64,000 bases of DNA from Blastocladiella emersonii ATCC 22665 (GCA_025594325.1 JANHCV010000007.1:868001-932000); one strand, 5' to 3'; shown: positions 35,139 through 47,354, counted from the stretch's first letter. Numbers and translations are program-made. The notes: a model not told the origin generated them from the letters alone.

Positions 35139-36850
35139 GGTTCGCGAGGGAGGCAGACAGGAGGGTCAAGTAGAGTGTGCGGTCCGAGCGAGCAGCGAGC
35201 CAGTACAGAGTGCGGGCAGGGACAGGGAGCGCGGCGCCGAGTTGAAGAAGAGCGAGTCGGAAAGTCGAGGCGTGTGCGAGCGAGCGAACAGGCTGCTGAG
35301 GCGATCGCGAGCAGGTGCGTGCGTTAGCGAGCGAACACGAGAGTCTTGGCGCGAGTGCGCGGCCGTGGTGGGAAACAGGTGCGACCGCAGCGCGCAGAGA
35401 GATGGGAGTGGGTGGAAGCGAAAGAAGGGAGAAGGGGAAGCCGAGCGAGGAGGGCCAGCCACGGCAGCGGGTCGAAGCAGGCAGCGGTGCAGGGCGGGCG
35501 GCGAGGCGGCGAGTGATGAAAGAGGGGCAATCCAGGCACCGCCGCCAGCCGCCAAGACGAGGCGAAAAAGTCTGTGCAAGCCCGCGCTTCCACGTCGGGG
35601 CCTCTTCTCTCCTCGCACCCTCGCGCGACGCGGACGCGAATTCAGGCTGGTTGGAGTGGGATGGGAACGGCGGCGCGGAACGGGGCAAGTGGGAGAGGCG
35701 CGAGACAGGCCACCACGGCACACGCGTCACCGCGATGGCTGGCGGCGCGCCGCGAAAACGTGCCCGGAGAGGCAAGAGTGGGGAGGAACGTTTGGGCGCA
35801 GCAGCGACAGCGACGGCGGGTCGAGGAGAAATGAATGGAGGCGGGCAGCGGAGACGCAGGCGAGCGACAGCGACGGGGGCGCCACTTTCGGGGGGTCGCG
35901 GGTCGCGAGCCGAGGCCGCACGGGCCCCGCACACGGCGGTCATCACGCCCTCCCTCGATGGACCGTTTGACCGCGGGGCCGGCGAGCGACGACAGCGACG
36001 AGGAGGGCATACGGCGACGGTGGCGAGGAGAGGAGAAGGAGGGCAAGCGAGAGGGATCACGGTGAAACCGGGTGAGACGGGCAGGCAGCGTACCGAGGGG
36101 CGAGGTCAAGGTGAGGTCACCAGCAGCGTCCGCGAGACCGTGAAGCGGGAGCGACAACGACGACAGCGACGATGGCCGAGAGACACGGCGATGGTGCAAG
36201 CGAGAGGAGCACGCCACAGCCGCGCGGGTAGAAGGGCTAAATATTGCCTGCGAGTGGGCCAGGGACACCAGCCGCACCGGTCGTGGGTGGTGGGTGGTCG
36301 GCGGCGCGGAGCAGGGGTCGGCGGCGAGGGCGATAGCGCGGGCCGCGTGGCGTCGTCGGCGTTGGCGTCGACGCAGGAATGTGGAGCGGTGGAGTCGGCG
36401 AGTGCGGGTGCGGGCAGGATGCGGGGAGCTGCAGGCGGCTCCGCTTCTACGGCTTCTAGTCGGCTTCGAGGAGAGGCCCGTCTACGGAGTGTATGGGAGG
36501 GGTGCAGCGACCACGGCGGTGGGGGGAGGGGAGGAGGGCGGCCGCTCGCTGCTGCTGCCGCTGGTCGAGTGCGTCTATGGTGAAGGTTTGACGGGCGGAC
36601 GGCCGAGGGGAGGGGAAGCCTCGGCCGGGCGAGCGGGTGGCGGCGGCGGCGGAGGCGGCGCACCACACGCCGCACCGCCCCGCCGACCACTTGCCTTTGC
36701 GCTGGGCGCCGCCCTCCACGTGACGCGCTTTTAATGTCTCCCATTTGGCGCTTGCTCTGCTCGCGACCCTAGGCTCGGCCAGCTTCAAAACCGTGACGGC
36801 TCTGTATTCACTCGTCCACCGGTTCACACACATACACACACTATCCACCA

Positions 36851-38494
36851 CTACTCGGCCGTCTGGGCCGTCGACTCGCTCTCACGCCCGACGTCGGACC
36901 GCCGGCGCACACGGCGGCGCCGGTCGAGTGTGGCCGCGGCCTCGGCGCGCCGCGGGAACACGACGTGCGCGCGCTCGATGGTAAACGCGTCGTACGCGAA
37001 CCCGTCGTCGAGCGTGATCTTGATGGCCGGCGGGGCACCGTCCTCCTCGTCCTCGTCGCTCTCGTCGTACTCGACGTCCGACGCGGGGAGCGCGGGCAGG
37101 TCAGTGAACGACGCCGACAGCTCCGCGTCCGCCGCCGCCGCGGCCTCGGTCGCGCGCGCCAGGGTCCCGTCCACGGGCTCGTGCCACGACGACGGGTCGG
37201 GGACCGGCGGGAGCGACGCGGGCTCGGCCATGGCCGCAGCCGCGTGTGGTGGCGCGACGTACGGCGCGGGCTCGGTGAACTCGGCCGTGGCCTCGACGGC
37301 GGGACGAGCGAGCGAGTCCGAACCCGCTGCTTGCGCCGCTTCCGTCTCCTCGGCGATGGCGACGGGCGGTGGTGGCGCAGCTGCAGCCTCAGCGGCCACG
37401 TCCGACCGCCGGCGCACGCGGCGACGCCGGTCGAGCGTCGGTTCCGCGGCCGCCGCTTCGGCGCGGCGCGGGAACAGGACGTGTGCGCGCTCGATGGTGA
37501 AGGCGTCGTACGCGAACCCGTCCTCGAGCGTGATCATGATCTCGGGCGGCGGCGTGATGAGCTCCGGCCGCGACAAGGAGTCGGCCGTTAGGGATCGTGT
37601 CACGGCGGCCACCTCGGCGTCCTCGGCGTCCGACTCGGGCTCCGCAGCGGCGTTTGAGGAAGATGAGGATGAGGGCGATGATGGTGCGGGCGCTTCCACA
37701 ACGGTCACTGGTGGTGGTGGCGGGAGCGGCTCCGCCGACGCAGCGACCGCCTCCTCGGCCTCGCCAGCGGACCGCGAGAGCGACAGCAGCCGACCGGGCA
37801 CCGGTGGCGGCGACGCGACCTCGTTCGCAATCGACGCGGCCGACGATGACGATGCCGCGCTGGGCAAACACCCGCCAAACGAGTCGTGCCCCGCCGGTGC
37901 GCCGCCGCGGGACGGCGACGGGGTGCGGAACGCGCGGAAGATGGTGAGGAACTTGCGCCACCGCTTCTTGAGCACCTTGATCGGGCCGGGCCTCTTCTGG
38001 TGCCGGTGGTGCGACGACGACGACGAGATGGACGACGACCGGCGATGTCGCCCGGCGGCGTTGGCGGCGGCGTACTGCTCGCGCTCGCGCATCGAGGTCG
38101 GCGTGCTCGCGCTGCGTGGCCGGTACCCGCGCGGGATCGAGTCGAGCTGCGTCGTCAGCGGGCCGGCGGCAAACGGCGGCGTTGGGGCGATTGCAGGCCA
38201 CGCTTCCGCGGCGGCCGATGGTGATGATGATGGCGCGGAAACTTTGCTGCCCGGCGAGGGAGCGGCGAAGGCGGCGGCGGCGGCGCCACCGCGAACGGCC
38301 TCGCCGCTCGACGCACTGGCCGACCGCGAGTGGCGCCGCGACGGCGACAGGTTGGGCGAGCTCTTGGTTTGGAAAGTCGCCAGGCTCGCGCCCGACGTGC
38401 GCCGCGCCCGCTCGCGCTCGCCGGCGGCGGTGCCGGCCGCCGACGGCTGTATTGGGCCCGCGGCAACCGTGTTCACCGGGTTTGTTGATGACAT
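36851..38494 (-). CDS. Low-complexity Ser/Ala/Pro-rich protein with an internally duplicated 45-aa motif
   Basis: 547-codon ORF with coding-like GC3. ITL[ED]DGFAYDAFTIERAHV[LV]FPRRAEAAA...TLDRRRRVRRRSDV occurs twice. Confidence 0.65.
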   Translation of the reverse strand: MSSTNPVNTVAAGPIQPSAAGTAAGERERARRTSGASLATFQTKSSPNLSPSRRHSRSASASSGEAVRGGAAAAAFAAPSPGSKVSAPSSSPSAAAEAWPAIAPTPPFAAGPLTTQLDSIPRGYRPRSASTPTSMREREQYAAANAAGRHRRSSSISSSSSHHRHQKRPGPIKVLKKRWRKFLTIFRAFRTPSPSRGGAPAGHDSFGGCLPSAASSSSAASIANEVASPPPVPGRLLSLSRSAGEAEEAVAASAEPLPPPPPVTVVEAPAPSSPSSSSSSNAAAEPESDAEDAEVAAVTRSLTADSLSRPELITPPPEIMITLEDGFAYDAFTIERAHVLFPRRAEAAAAEPTLDRRRRVRRRSDVAAEAAAAPPPPVAIAEETEAAQAAGSDSLARPAVEATAEFTEPAPYVAPPHAAAAMAEPASLPPVPDPSSWHEPVDGTLARATEAAAAADAELSASFTDLPALPASDVEYDESDEDEEDGAPPAIKITLDDGFAYDAFTIERAHVVFPRRAEAAATLDRRRRVRRRSDVGRESESTAQTAE

Positions 38495-38738
38495 GGTGGT
38501 TGCAGCGGTGATGCAGCAAGTCGCGCGCTGGCGGAGGTCGTGGCGAAGGAGGGGGAGAGAGGAGAGGGACGAGCGTGCCCGCGTGTGCAGCGCAGCGGCC
38601 AGCGTGGGGCCGGAAGAACGCAGGGCTTGGTCGGCGCCGCGCCACTAGCAGCAGCCACTCCTCCCTCCCTGATGAACAGATTCGGTGCACATGGATGGTC
38701 TTTATTGTGGCATTACGCCTACAGCTAGGGGATGAGAA

Positions 38739-40074
38739 TCACGCCGCCGCCGCGCGCGCCTTGGCCGCGCCCTCGGCCACCTTCTGCGCCGCAACCAGCG
38801 CGCGCGTCCAGTCGACCTTGAGGTCCTCGACGTCCTCGATCCCGACCGAGATGCGCACCAGGCCGTCGGGCATGCTCGGGTCGCACTGCTGCCGCCACTC
38901 GACCAGCGTCTCGACGCCGCCGAGCGACGTCGCGGGCTTGGCCACGTTGAGGAGGTGGGCCACGGCGCGCGCCGCGTCGCGGTTCGCGAGCTCGACCGCG
39001 AGCACGGGCGAGTGCCCGCCAGGCATCTGCACCTTGACCCACTCGGGCTGCGGGCCGAGCGACGCGTGGCGGACCTTGGTCAGCGTCCCATGCAGCGCGT
39101 TGGGGACCGACGCGTCGCACGCGACAATCTTCTCGAACCACGCCGCGAGCACCGCCGCCGTCTTGGTCTGCTCGCGCACGCGCAGCGCGAGCGTGCGCAG
39201 GCTGCGCAGGAGGAGCCACGCCTCGAGCGAGCCCATGGTCCACCCGATATCCGTGCGCTCCACGCGCAGCGCCGCCGCCGTCGCCGCGTCGTGCGTCACC
39301 AGCACGCCACCGAGCAAGTCGCTGTGCCCGCCGAGATACTTTGTGGCCGAATGGATCACGCAGTCGATGCCCGTGGCCAGCGCATACTGCAGCGGCGGCG
39401 GCGCCAGCGTCCCGTCGACCACGACGTGCGCGCCGACGGCCCGCGCGCGAGCGGCGATCGGCGCCAGGTTCGTCACGTCGCCGAACGGGTTGAGCGGCGA
39501 CTCGACCATGACCAGGTCGCCCGCGCCGAGATCCGCCGGGAGCGCGTCCTGCGGCGTCAGCGCGAGGTGCGTCACGCCCGCCCGGTTGCGCAGGTACTTT
39601 TCCAGGCCCGCCAGCGAGCCAAAGTACCCGAGCATCGTTACGATGCGCTTCGGCGCGTAGTGCTGCATCGCTACACGCGCGATCGTTGCGGTTAGTCGCA
39701 CATCCTTCTCACACCGTCTCAACGCGAAAGACCGTACCAGCCGAGATAGCCGCGAGCCCCGTCGAGAAGACGACCGCGTGCGCATGCCCCGGCGAGCCCG
39801 GGTACGCGCCCTCGAGGGCGCCCATGACGGCCTCAACGCGGCTCGTCGTCGGCGACTCGTCGCGCGAGTAGACGTACTCGAACGACTTGACCTCGCCGTG
39901 CGCCGGCGCCGCCATGGCGGCCTTCTCCGCGGCAATGAACGGCGCCAGGTCCGCGGGCACCGGCTGGATGTACGTTGAGCTCACGGCGATCGGCAGCGCG
40001 ACCGGGTGCGTCTCGGGGTGCGACGAGATGCCCGCGTCAGCGTGGACGAGAAGCGAGTTGAGCGAGTTTGTCAT
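38739..40074 (-). CDS. Cys/Met metabolism PLP enzyme (cystathionine gamma-synthase/lyase family, YHR112C-like)
   Basis: YVYSRDESPT, VFSTGLAA, MVESPLNP, VVDGTLAPP, HSATKYLGGHSDLLGG (PLP Lys), ATSLGGVETLVEWR, GLVRISVGIEDVEDL. One intron near 39.67-39.74 kb. Confidence 0.92.
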
Positions 40075-40789
40075 TGCTGGAGTGTGGGGTCTTGAGTTGG
40101 AGAGAATGGATGAGGGTCGAGGCGGGGCACGCTTATATGGGGCCCGAACAAGCGTGGGAACTTGCGTGTGACCCTCTCACAGTGAGCGACGGCGCGGCCC
40201 GACCACAATCTCCCGATTTGCAAGCGTCCGCGCCTCTCGGAGCGCCATGGCGCGGGTGTCGGAAGCGTGCAGCACATAGGGCTAGTTGAAGCGTACAGGT
40301 GCAGGGTGCGAGAGGAAGGTTGAGCACGATGCACGGAAGGCCGCTAAATATACCTACGCGTCGCACACATGTCACGCCGATGACTCGAGCGATGACTCAA
40401 AGGTCACGCCGCCGCGATCAGAGTTGCGATCAGCAGCCTTTCACCTGACCTCGTGGGCGACGTTCAGCCATGGCTTTCGCCTCGCCTCCTTGCACTCTAC
40501 GTAATCGTGGAACTTGATGAATGCAAACCGATAAGGGGAGCGTGTGGGAGCACTGGCAGTTCAAGTACACGTGACCGCGTTGCGCCACAGTCACCGGACG
40601 CGTGCGACCCCGCCCGCGTCACGCGCGTCACGCGCACCGCGCCGATCTCCTTTGTCATCGCCGCGGACCGCTTCACCTCACCGAGCGACGCGTCGGCCCG
40701 CTCACATCGGACGACGCGCCTCCGCATCCCCTCTCTCTCTTGTTCCTTTGACCAGTTGCTAGTATTAGCCACCACATACAGCATGTTGT

Positions 40790-40864
40790 CCTCTCGTGAA
40801 CCTCCTCACCGTCTCCTCTTGTGAACCTCTTCACCGTCCCCTCTTGTGAACCTCTTCACCGCCT
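40790..40864 (+). repeat. 25-bp tandem repeat x3
   Basis: CCTCT[CT]GTGAACCTC[CT]TCACCG(TCT/TCC/CCT), head to tail with no spacers. Confidence 0.9.
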
Positions 40865-43399
40865 TGATCTTCATCTCCACCAAGATCGCACGTCCATCGT
40901 GCCGAGCTTCCTCCCAGTCGAGTACGCTTCAACTCTGGCGGTAGCCCTGCAGACGGTAATCAGGCGATGGACTTTCAGGGTGCCGTAAGCTGAGAGCTAG
41001 GCGAGGATGTTGTGCCTGCGGCGACTTTCACGTAGCTCTCACGAAGTCAAACGTTGAGTCACGAGCCTCGTGAACGGCAAAGTTCGTTCTCAACGAGGTC
41101 CCAGCGTTTACTATCAGTCATTCTGTGAGGATGGGCTGAAGGAACGCGTGGCCGCGTGTCGCGCAAGTCCTGGTGGCGCAGCGCGTCGCTGAGCCACTCA
41201 CATGTCATCCATTAATGACGCTCGTGGTGCATCGAATGGACTGGGTTGCGCTCAAGGCTCGGTTCAACAAGCTTATATGTAGACAGGGAACAACACGAAA
41301 CTTACAAATAGCCGAAACGCGAGTGTTACGCCATCGAAATGCATGGGTCACGGAGCTTTTCCGGATACGCTCCGTCGCTCCACTGCAGCCAGGGGCGGCA
41401 GGTGCTTCAATGGGAAACTTGTGCAGGGTTCGCAGGAGTGGAGCAGAATTTCTCTGCGCACGGAGCCCACGTTCCTTTTTCCAGGCCGGTGCACAGAAGA
41501 GCCAACGTCCGGCGCGAGGTGATGAAAGACCCCACAGAATAAGCGGTGATGAGGCACATGCGACCATCTCCCGAGGTGCGGAGACCGAATCTGAAGCTTG
41601 CAAAGCGAGAAGTGGCAGGAGGAGCTCGAGATGATTGACGATATCGGTCATGTTGGCTTGGAAACCAAGGAACAGAGTGCCCGTTAGCGCGTACGTGATT
41701 CTGTGCATGAAGGCCTTCATGAGTTGATGGTCCTCCGCGGAAAGAAGCCGCAGCTTGTCGGAGACGAGCGCATTGGAACCTTGGAACTGCATTGCTACGG
41801 CTTCCAACGGAACCGGTCTCATGACGACGGCTACATGAATGCGAGAGGTGAGCAGCGGCAACGATGCCTGAAGTGATGCGTGAGATGTCAAGGACGTGGA
41901 AGGTGGGGGAGACCCGAGCGTTGTCCTGCACTTGCGCTCATCTCGGATGAGTGCGAATCGTGTCTAGTGTGTGAGAAAGGTTGTGCTGCTCTTGAATCAA
42001 CAGAGGAGTGGAGCCGCCGGTGCTTGGGTCTTCGACATGAGCAAGATGGCACCGCTTGGCTGCCTGCACTCACGCAAAGTACGGGTCAGCCGATTGCGGC
42101 CGGACTCCAGTGGCTCATTTTCCTTGTGTCGTGACATGAATGCACAAAAGCAATTCAGTCAAATGTCGCGGATGGTGGGATTCTACTAACACACGGCCCC
42201 GCGTGAGCGCTGAGCCCTGGAAGCAACAAACGTACATGATTGTACAACTTGACCTGTGCCGCAAAACTGGCTTCTGGCATCGCCTTGAACTTCTCAGGAG
42301 ACCTGCGCTACGGGAAAACTGAGCGAAGATGCCGGGAACACCAATGGCGAAGAGTCCTGCCTGCAGAAGTTACGACGCAGCAGAAACGTTTGCTGACGAT
42401 GGTTCAGGTTAATCCGATCAACCATTCGATCGAGCTTGCGCTCGTGGGTGCGCCGAACCCGCGCGTGCGGCGGCCCGGCTCCGAGCCGGGGTGTTGCTCC
42501 AAGGACGAGCAGGGGACGCGTTGCGCCACTCACGTGATGCTGAAACGGGATCAGTGGCGAGGCAAGTCGAAGACTGTATCACATTGATTGACCTGTATTA
42601 ATTGACCTGGCACAAAAAATATTGCGTGTGCTTGGCTTAACTTGGTAAGCTGAAAATAAGAATCAATGCCGATGCATTAAACAGCAAAATCTTGAGGTCT
42701 ACCTCAGCATCCATTTACGGACGTCTACTGCTGAGAAAAGGGTGAGCAAGGTCTCACTCCCCTGTTCAAGAAAGAAGAGCAAAAAGTGGATGGATGACAC
42801 CGCCGACTGGGTACCCCCTGGAAGCGTACAGGTGGCCAACGAGCGGGTTGATGATGGGTTCGAACCCTGGTGCGCGCTCTCCACTTTCCCTGCCCCGAAG
42901 CCCAGACCGACGGCGACACTTGCCCAGCAGCATGTGCAATTAAAACTTAACAAGTGCCCCATTGATTCTGATCCCCCGACTCTGAAGAAGGGAAGCGAGA
43001 GTGGATTAAACCGCATGCGCCATGTCACAGCGATTACTCCAACTGACTCCCCGACTCCCCGACTCCCGGCATTGGCCTCAACTCGGTGTAATATAAACTA
43101 CTCTAGTGTGATTGTGACCTACTTCGACGCCTTCGCGGGCGTGGCAAGCTGGAGCGGCAGTGGAGCAGTCAGTCACTCATGTCTCCCACTGCTGCGCCAC
43201 CTGCCCGCGCCACCTGCTATGCCATCACGCTCCGACCCCACCTCCAGCTCCATCGCGAACCCCACCGACCGCTGCCATACGACAACGGACGCAGCACAAC
43301 GGTCGTTGTTGAAAGTCTCGAGGCTTTGTTTGCGCCAGCTCGGATGCAATATTCCGCTCCTGATTGATTCCAGTCCTTCAAGCGCTCAACGAAGTTGCA

Positions 43400-45840
43400 A
43401 GACAGCGCAATCGCGCCATAACAACCATAGCACAATACCAGCGGCCAGCTGATCACGCTCGACCTGATCCGCGCAAGGGCGAGAAGACGTGAGTCTACAC
43501 GACGTACAGCTTCGCCCACGTGCCGCTCTACCAGTTCCTGCGCATGGTCACGAACGCGGCGGGCTCGGACGCGGCGAGCAACACAACTGACGCGCAGCCC
43601 GTCGGCGAGGACGGATCCGCGGCAGACGACGATGAGCGCGAGCTCGAGCAGGAGGACGACAAGAACGACAACAAGCGCATCACGTTCTCGAACCGCCTGA
43701 TCACCGACAAGGTCACGATCGCCAACCACTACATGCACCGGCCCGACGAGCTCGAGTCGTTCTCGCTGTACGACTTTGTCCGGTGCTGTCGCGTGGAGCA
43801 CATCAAGTCCGCAACGAACCGTTCGCAGCAGTCCGTGCCCGTCGGCGATGCTGACAACGGCAACGCGCCACGCGCCAAGCGCGGTCGCCACGCCGAGCCG
43901 CGGTACAAGTTCCGCGGCACCCATGCTGCAGTCGGCAAGCTCGTCGTCGCGATGCGCGCGACCAAGGTCGTTCCCGTGCCGCTGTTCAACAAGCAGGTCA
44001 GCCAGTCGTCCGATATCGGCAGCACCGAGTCGCGCGCCATGATCTCCATGATCCTGTTCAAGCCGTTCCGCGCCATCAACGAGGTGGCTCCGGCTCGCGG
44101 CGAGACGTGGTCGCAGACGCTCGATCTCTTCAAAAGCACGCTCGAGCAGGGCAGCGACTGGCTCCGGTGGATCAATAACTTCCGCGACTACGTGAACACG
44201 TCGCCCGGCAAGCTGGTCAACGATTCGGAGGCCGACAACAGCGCGACGCCCGAGCAGGTCGACCTTCAATGCGCCGGCGGTACTGGCATGGGTAACAACA
44301 ACGAGGCTGACGGTGAGATCATGCCCGTCGGCATCGCGCAAGAAGCTCACGGCAACGACGCTTTCCTGCACTAGATCCTCTCGATCATCTCCCAGAACGA
44401 CCAGCACGCGGCCATGCTCCTCATGTCGGCAGTACACTACGGACTGCTCTCGAACTCGAACGCGCCCGTGCCTGCTCTGCCACTCGAGCTTCGCCAGCAG
44501 CTGCTCAAGGTCGACTCGGATCCGGCGTGGTTCGCGCAACTCGCCAACTACACCGACCTGGCCAGAAAGGCGGACGAGGATGCCCGTTGATTGCCGCAGA
44601 ACGCTCGGCGGAGCCACCTCGCACTCGACTCGTTCAAGCAGACGGCGGTGTTGCACCGCCAGCCGTCCATGTGCAGCTCGTGCAGCAGGAGCAGCTCGCT
44701 CCGTACCTTCAAGGGCTCAACGTCGAGCAGCGCCGCGTGGCCGAGCACGTTGAGTCGACGCTCAATGCCATCAGGCGCGGCGACGCTGACGTCGAGCAGC
44801 TCCTAATGCTCGTCCACGGCGAGGCGGGCAAGAGTCGCGTCATCAACTCCATCCGCGACATGTTCGTCTCCAAGGGCTGCAGCTTGTGGCTCAAGAACTG
44901 CGCGCCAACTGGCGTAGCCGCGGCGCCCATTGGCGGCTCCACGATCCACGCCATGTGCGGTATCGGCACCATCGTCTCAGCGACCAAGCCGAAAAGCGAC
45001 AAAGCCAAGGCCGAGCTCGAGGCCTCGTTGGGCCCCGTCAAATGTGTCCTCATCGACGAGATCTCCATGGTCGGCGCCAAGCTCTTTGCCGTAGTGCATC
45101 TGCGCTTCGACGCGCTGTACCCGAGCCGCTACCATCGTCCGTTTGGCGGCCTGCACGTCCTCGCGTCCGGCGATTTCTCCCGGTTCGAGCCTGTCATGGC
45201 CCGCTCGCTCACGGTTCCATCCGAGCAGCTGGTCAAACGCGCACCTGAACCCGAGGTGGATGCAGCTCATGATGGAGACTCAATCGATGCAGGGCGACGG
45301 CGAGCCTCAGCAGCAGAAGAAGAAGCGCGCGTCCAAGCGCAAGGAGCGGCCAGCGGTCAGCAGATCTTGAACCGACGCCAACATTGGTCACGATCAGTGG
45401 CTCGCCTTCGACTCGGTCTTCTTCCTCGTCCAGCAGATGCGGCAGTCGGGCGACGCGAGCTTCCTCAACGTGCTTCAAGACCTGCGCAACTGCATTGTCT
45501 CGCAGCGCGTGATCGAGTACATTCGTTCGCGTCGAGCAGACGTTGTACTTGGCCAGCATGCAAACCGACTCCACGACAGGAGCGACCAGGTCCTCATCAC
45601 GGCGCAGAACTAGGTGCGCGACGCGTGAATCACGATGGCCGCTCGACTGCAAAGTCTGGCGGAGGCAACCACTACCTAGTCCCTGGCTCCTTAATACATA
45701 GCGATTTTGACACGTCATTCACTACTAACCTTCCAACGTGGACGGACTTTCCAACGTGGACGGACTTTGACGTCCGGTCTTTCACAACACAGCCAAGTCG
45801 CCTACTGCTGAGGCAGAGTGTGCAACGCACACACCCCTAG
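43400..45840 (+). mobile_element. Degenerate Helitron remnant (Rep-helicase linker and PIF1 helicase fragments) with intact 3' end
   Basis: Fragments read YTTYSF, HYMHRPDELESFSLYDF, MILFKPFR, LNVEQ, a damaged Walker A HGEAGKS, APTGVAAAPIGGSTIH, VLIDEISMV, FGGLHVLASGDF and FFLVQQMRQSGDASFLNVL. There are stops (e.g. TAG at 44372) and frameshifts. Ends with a GTGTGCAACGCACAC hairpin then CTAG|T. The 5' boundary was not found. Confidence 0.82.
45731..45766 (+). repeat. 18-bp subterminal tandem repeat x2 in the Helitron 3' region
   Basis: TTCCAACGTGGACGGACT at 45731 and 45749. Confidence 0.9.
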
Positions 45841-45841
45841 T
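45818..45841 (+). terminator. Helitron 3' terminal hairpin and CTAG end
   Basis: Perfect 6-bp stem GTGTGC-AAC-GCACAC (45818-45832), then ACCC, CTAG (45837-45840) and a T, as expected for a Helitron A/T insertion site. Confidence 0.75.
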
Positions 45842-45886
45842 GACAACACAAAAGCTGGGCTCGATTACAAAGAACGTTGACACTCA

Positions 45887-47354
45887 CTACTTGCGCTCGT
45901 GCTTGGCGAACGCGACGATCGGCAGCCCCGAATCCGTGTCGCGCGGCACGTCACGCGTGATCTCGCGGAGCTTGTTCGTTGACATCCGACCGTGGAGCAG
46001 CCGGTCGAGGAGAGCGCACGAGTCGTCAGTGAACTGCTGGCCGAGCGCCCCGTTCGGGTCGTTGAGCGACGCGAGGGCCTCGTTGTACAGCTGCTGAAGC
46101 GGTCCAAGCTGGTACCGATCGATGCCGAGGTGCGAGGCGATGCCAACGTTTGCCTAGCATTGGAGCGAGAGTGAGCTTCCGCGGTCACCGTGAAAGGACG
46201 GCGGGTAGACCGTACAAACGTCGCGATGGCGATCACAATCAGCGGCGCGAGCTGGTGCAGCGTGACGACCTTGGCCCCAGCACCTTTGGTCTGGACCATG
46301 CGTGCGTTGATCCGCTCGATGTACTCGTTGATGGCCGCGACGCTGTTCACTACAAACAGGCACCGGCTGGTCAGTCAAGCAGCTCCATGGGAGCCAGAGA
46401 GAAACAGTAACGAACGATCGTTAGCGCCCTCACGCCAGGTCAAAGTACGTCGGACGACGTCAGCGAGGAACGGGTGGAGCGCGCGAGACTCGCTGCTGCT
46501 GCTGCCGTGGTGCGAAGCTTCGAGCATCCAGCGCTGGTTGAACGCCAGACTGCGAAGCTCCGTCGCCGCGACGTTGGTCGGAAGTTTCGGGCAGATTCCT
46601 GCGTTCTGCGAGTTCTTGAAGATCTTTATTACCGCGTCGCTTGCGGTAGCACGGAACTTGTGCACAACGTCCAAGAAGTGCTTGTGGTACTGAAGGCAGA
46701 GTCGCTTCGAGTCAGTGTCTGGACAGGGGAGCATTGCGAGCGGGGGGAGCAGCAGTACCTCGTCGAATTCAACAACGGGCGATTCACCCTCGCGACACAG
46801 CTCGACGTAGTCTGAGAAGCAGAAGCGACGAACGACCTCGGGAGCGGCGAACGGCCCGTACACCAGGATGCTCACGCGCAACTGCATCTTGAGTTCCATC
46901 GGCAAGTCGCGCAGCATGAACGTCTGCGTCCGCCGCCGTTGGTTGCGCGAACTGAACGGCGTCACGCGTATGAGTCGCGGTCCAGATTGGTGGCGCACAG
47001 CTGCTGTCCGAAGCCGTACCTGCGAGCCCCAGGTTCCTCCTTGACATCCTTGACGTCGCTCGCATCCTCCTCACCCTCGCTCGCACCACCAGCGTTTGCG
47101 CCCACGCCGTCGCCCTCGGACTCCCACTCGTCGCTGCTGGGCCCGTGCGACGGCTCGTGCACGCGATCGGCCGTCCGTGACTCAAGCGGCTGGGTGAGAG
47201 CAGGGCGATTGGGGCCTGATTGAAGCGCTCGGGGGCGAAGCCGCGGCCGACTAGCCGTGGGAACCGGTGGTTCCGCGGGCGCCATGAGCGGCGTGACGGG
47301 CACACCGCGGATGCGTTTGCTGCGGCGGACTAGCATATTTGCATTAGGTTCCAT
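45887..47354 (-). CDS. Unrecognised five-exon array gene, copy 1 (subtype A)
   Basis: MEPNANMLVRRSKR, acidic tract, QLRVSILVYGPFAAPEVVRRFCFSDY, LAFNQRWM, LHPFLADVVRR, VTLHQLAPLIV, ANVGIASHLG, LQQLYNEA, DVPRD. The frame is open after splicing if the third donor is GC (GT in paralogs). Confidence 0.75.

Noticed and set aside
35140-36840. Overlapping ORFs of 185-422 aa in both directions
   Set aside because: Purine/pyrimidine-skewed low-complexity leader or promoter DNA of the GT2 gene, with no coding signature.
40790-40864. 25-bp repeats as a possible CRISPR array
   Set aside because: The units are head to tail with no spacers, there are no cas genes, and the genome is eukaryotic.
41205-41891. 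228-aa minus-strand ORF
   Set aside because: No recognisable motif and weak codon bias; it may be decayed element sequence and cannot be supported as a gene.
43103-43107. CTAGT as a second Helitron 3' end
   Set aside because: No convincing hairpin upstream, unlike the end at 45840.
42742-43452. 236-aa plus-strand ORF upstream of the Helitron fragments
   Set aside because: No Helitron Rep motifs or other motif found, and composition is non-coding-like.
43400-45620. Several TAA/TAG stops in the Helitron as a RIP-like CpA to TpA signature
   Set aside because: CAA/CAG to stop is the commonest transition route anyway, and no intact copy is available to count mutations.
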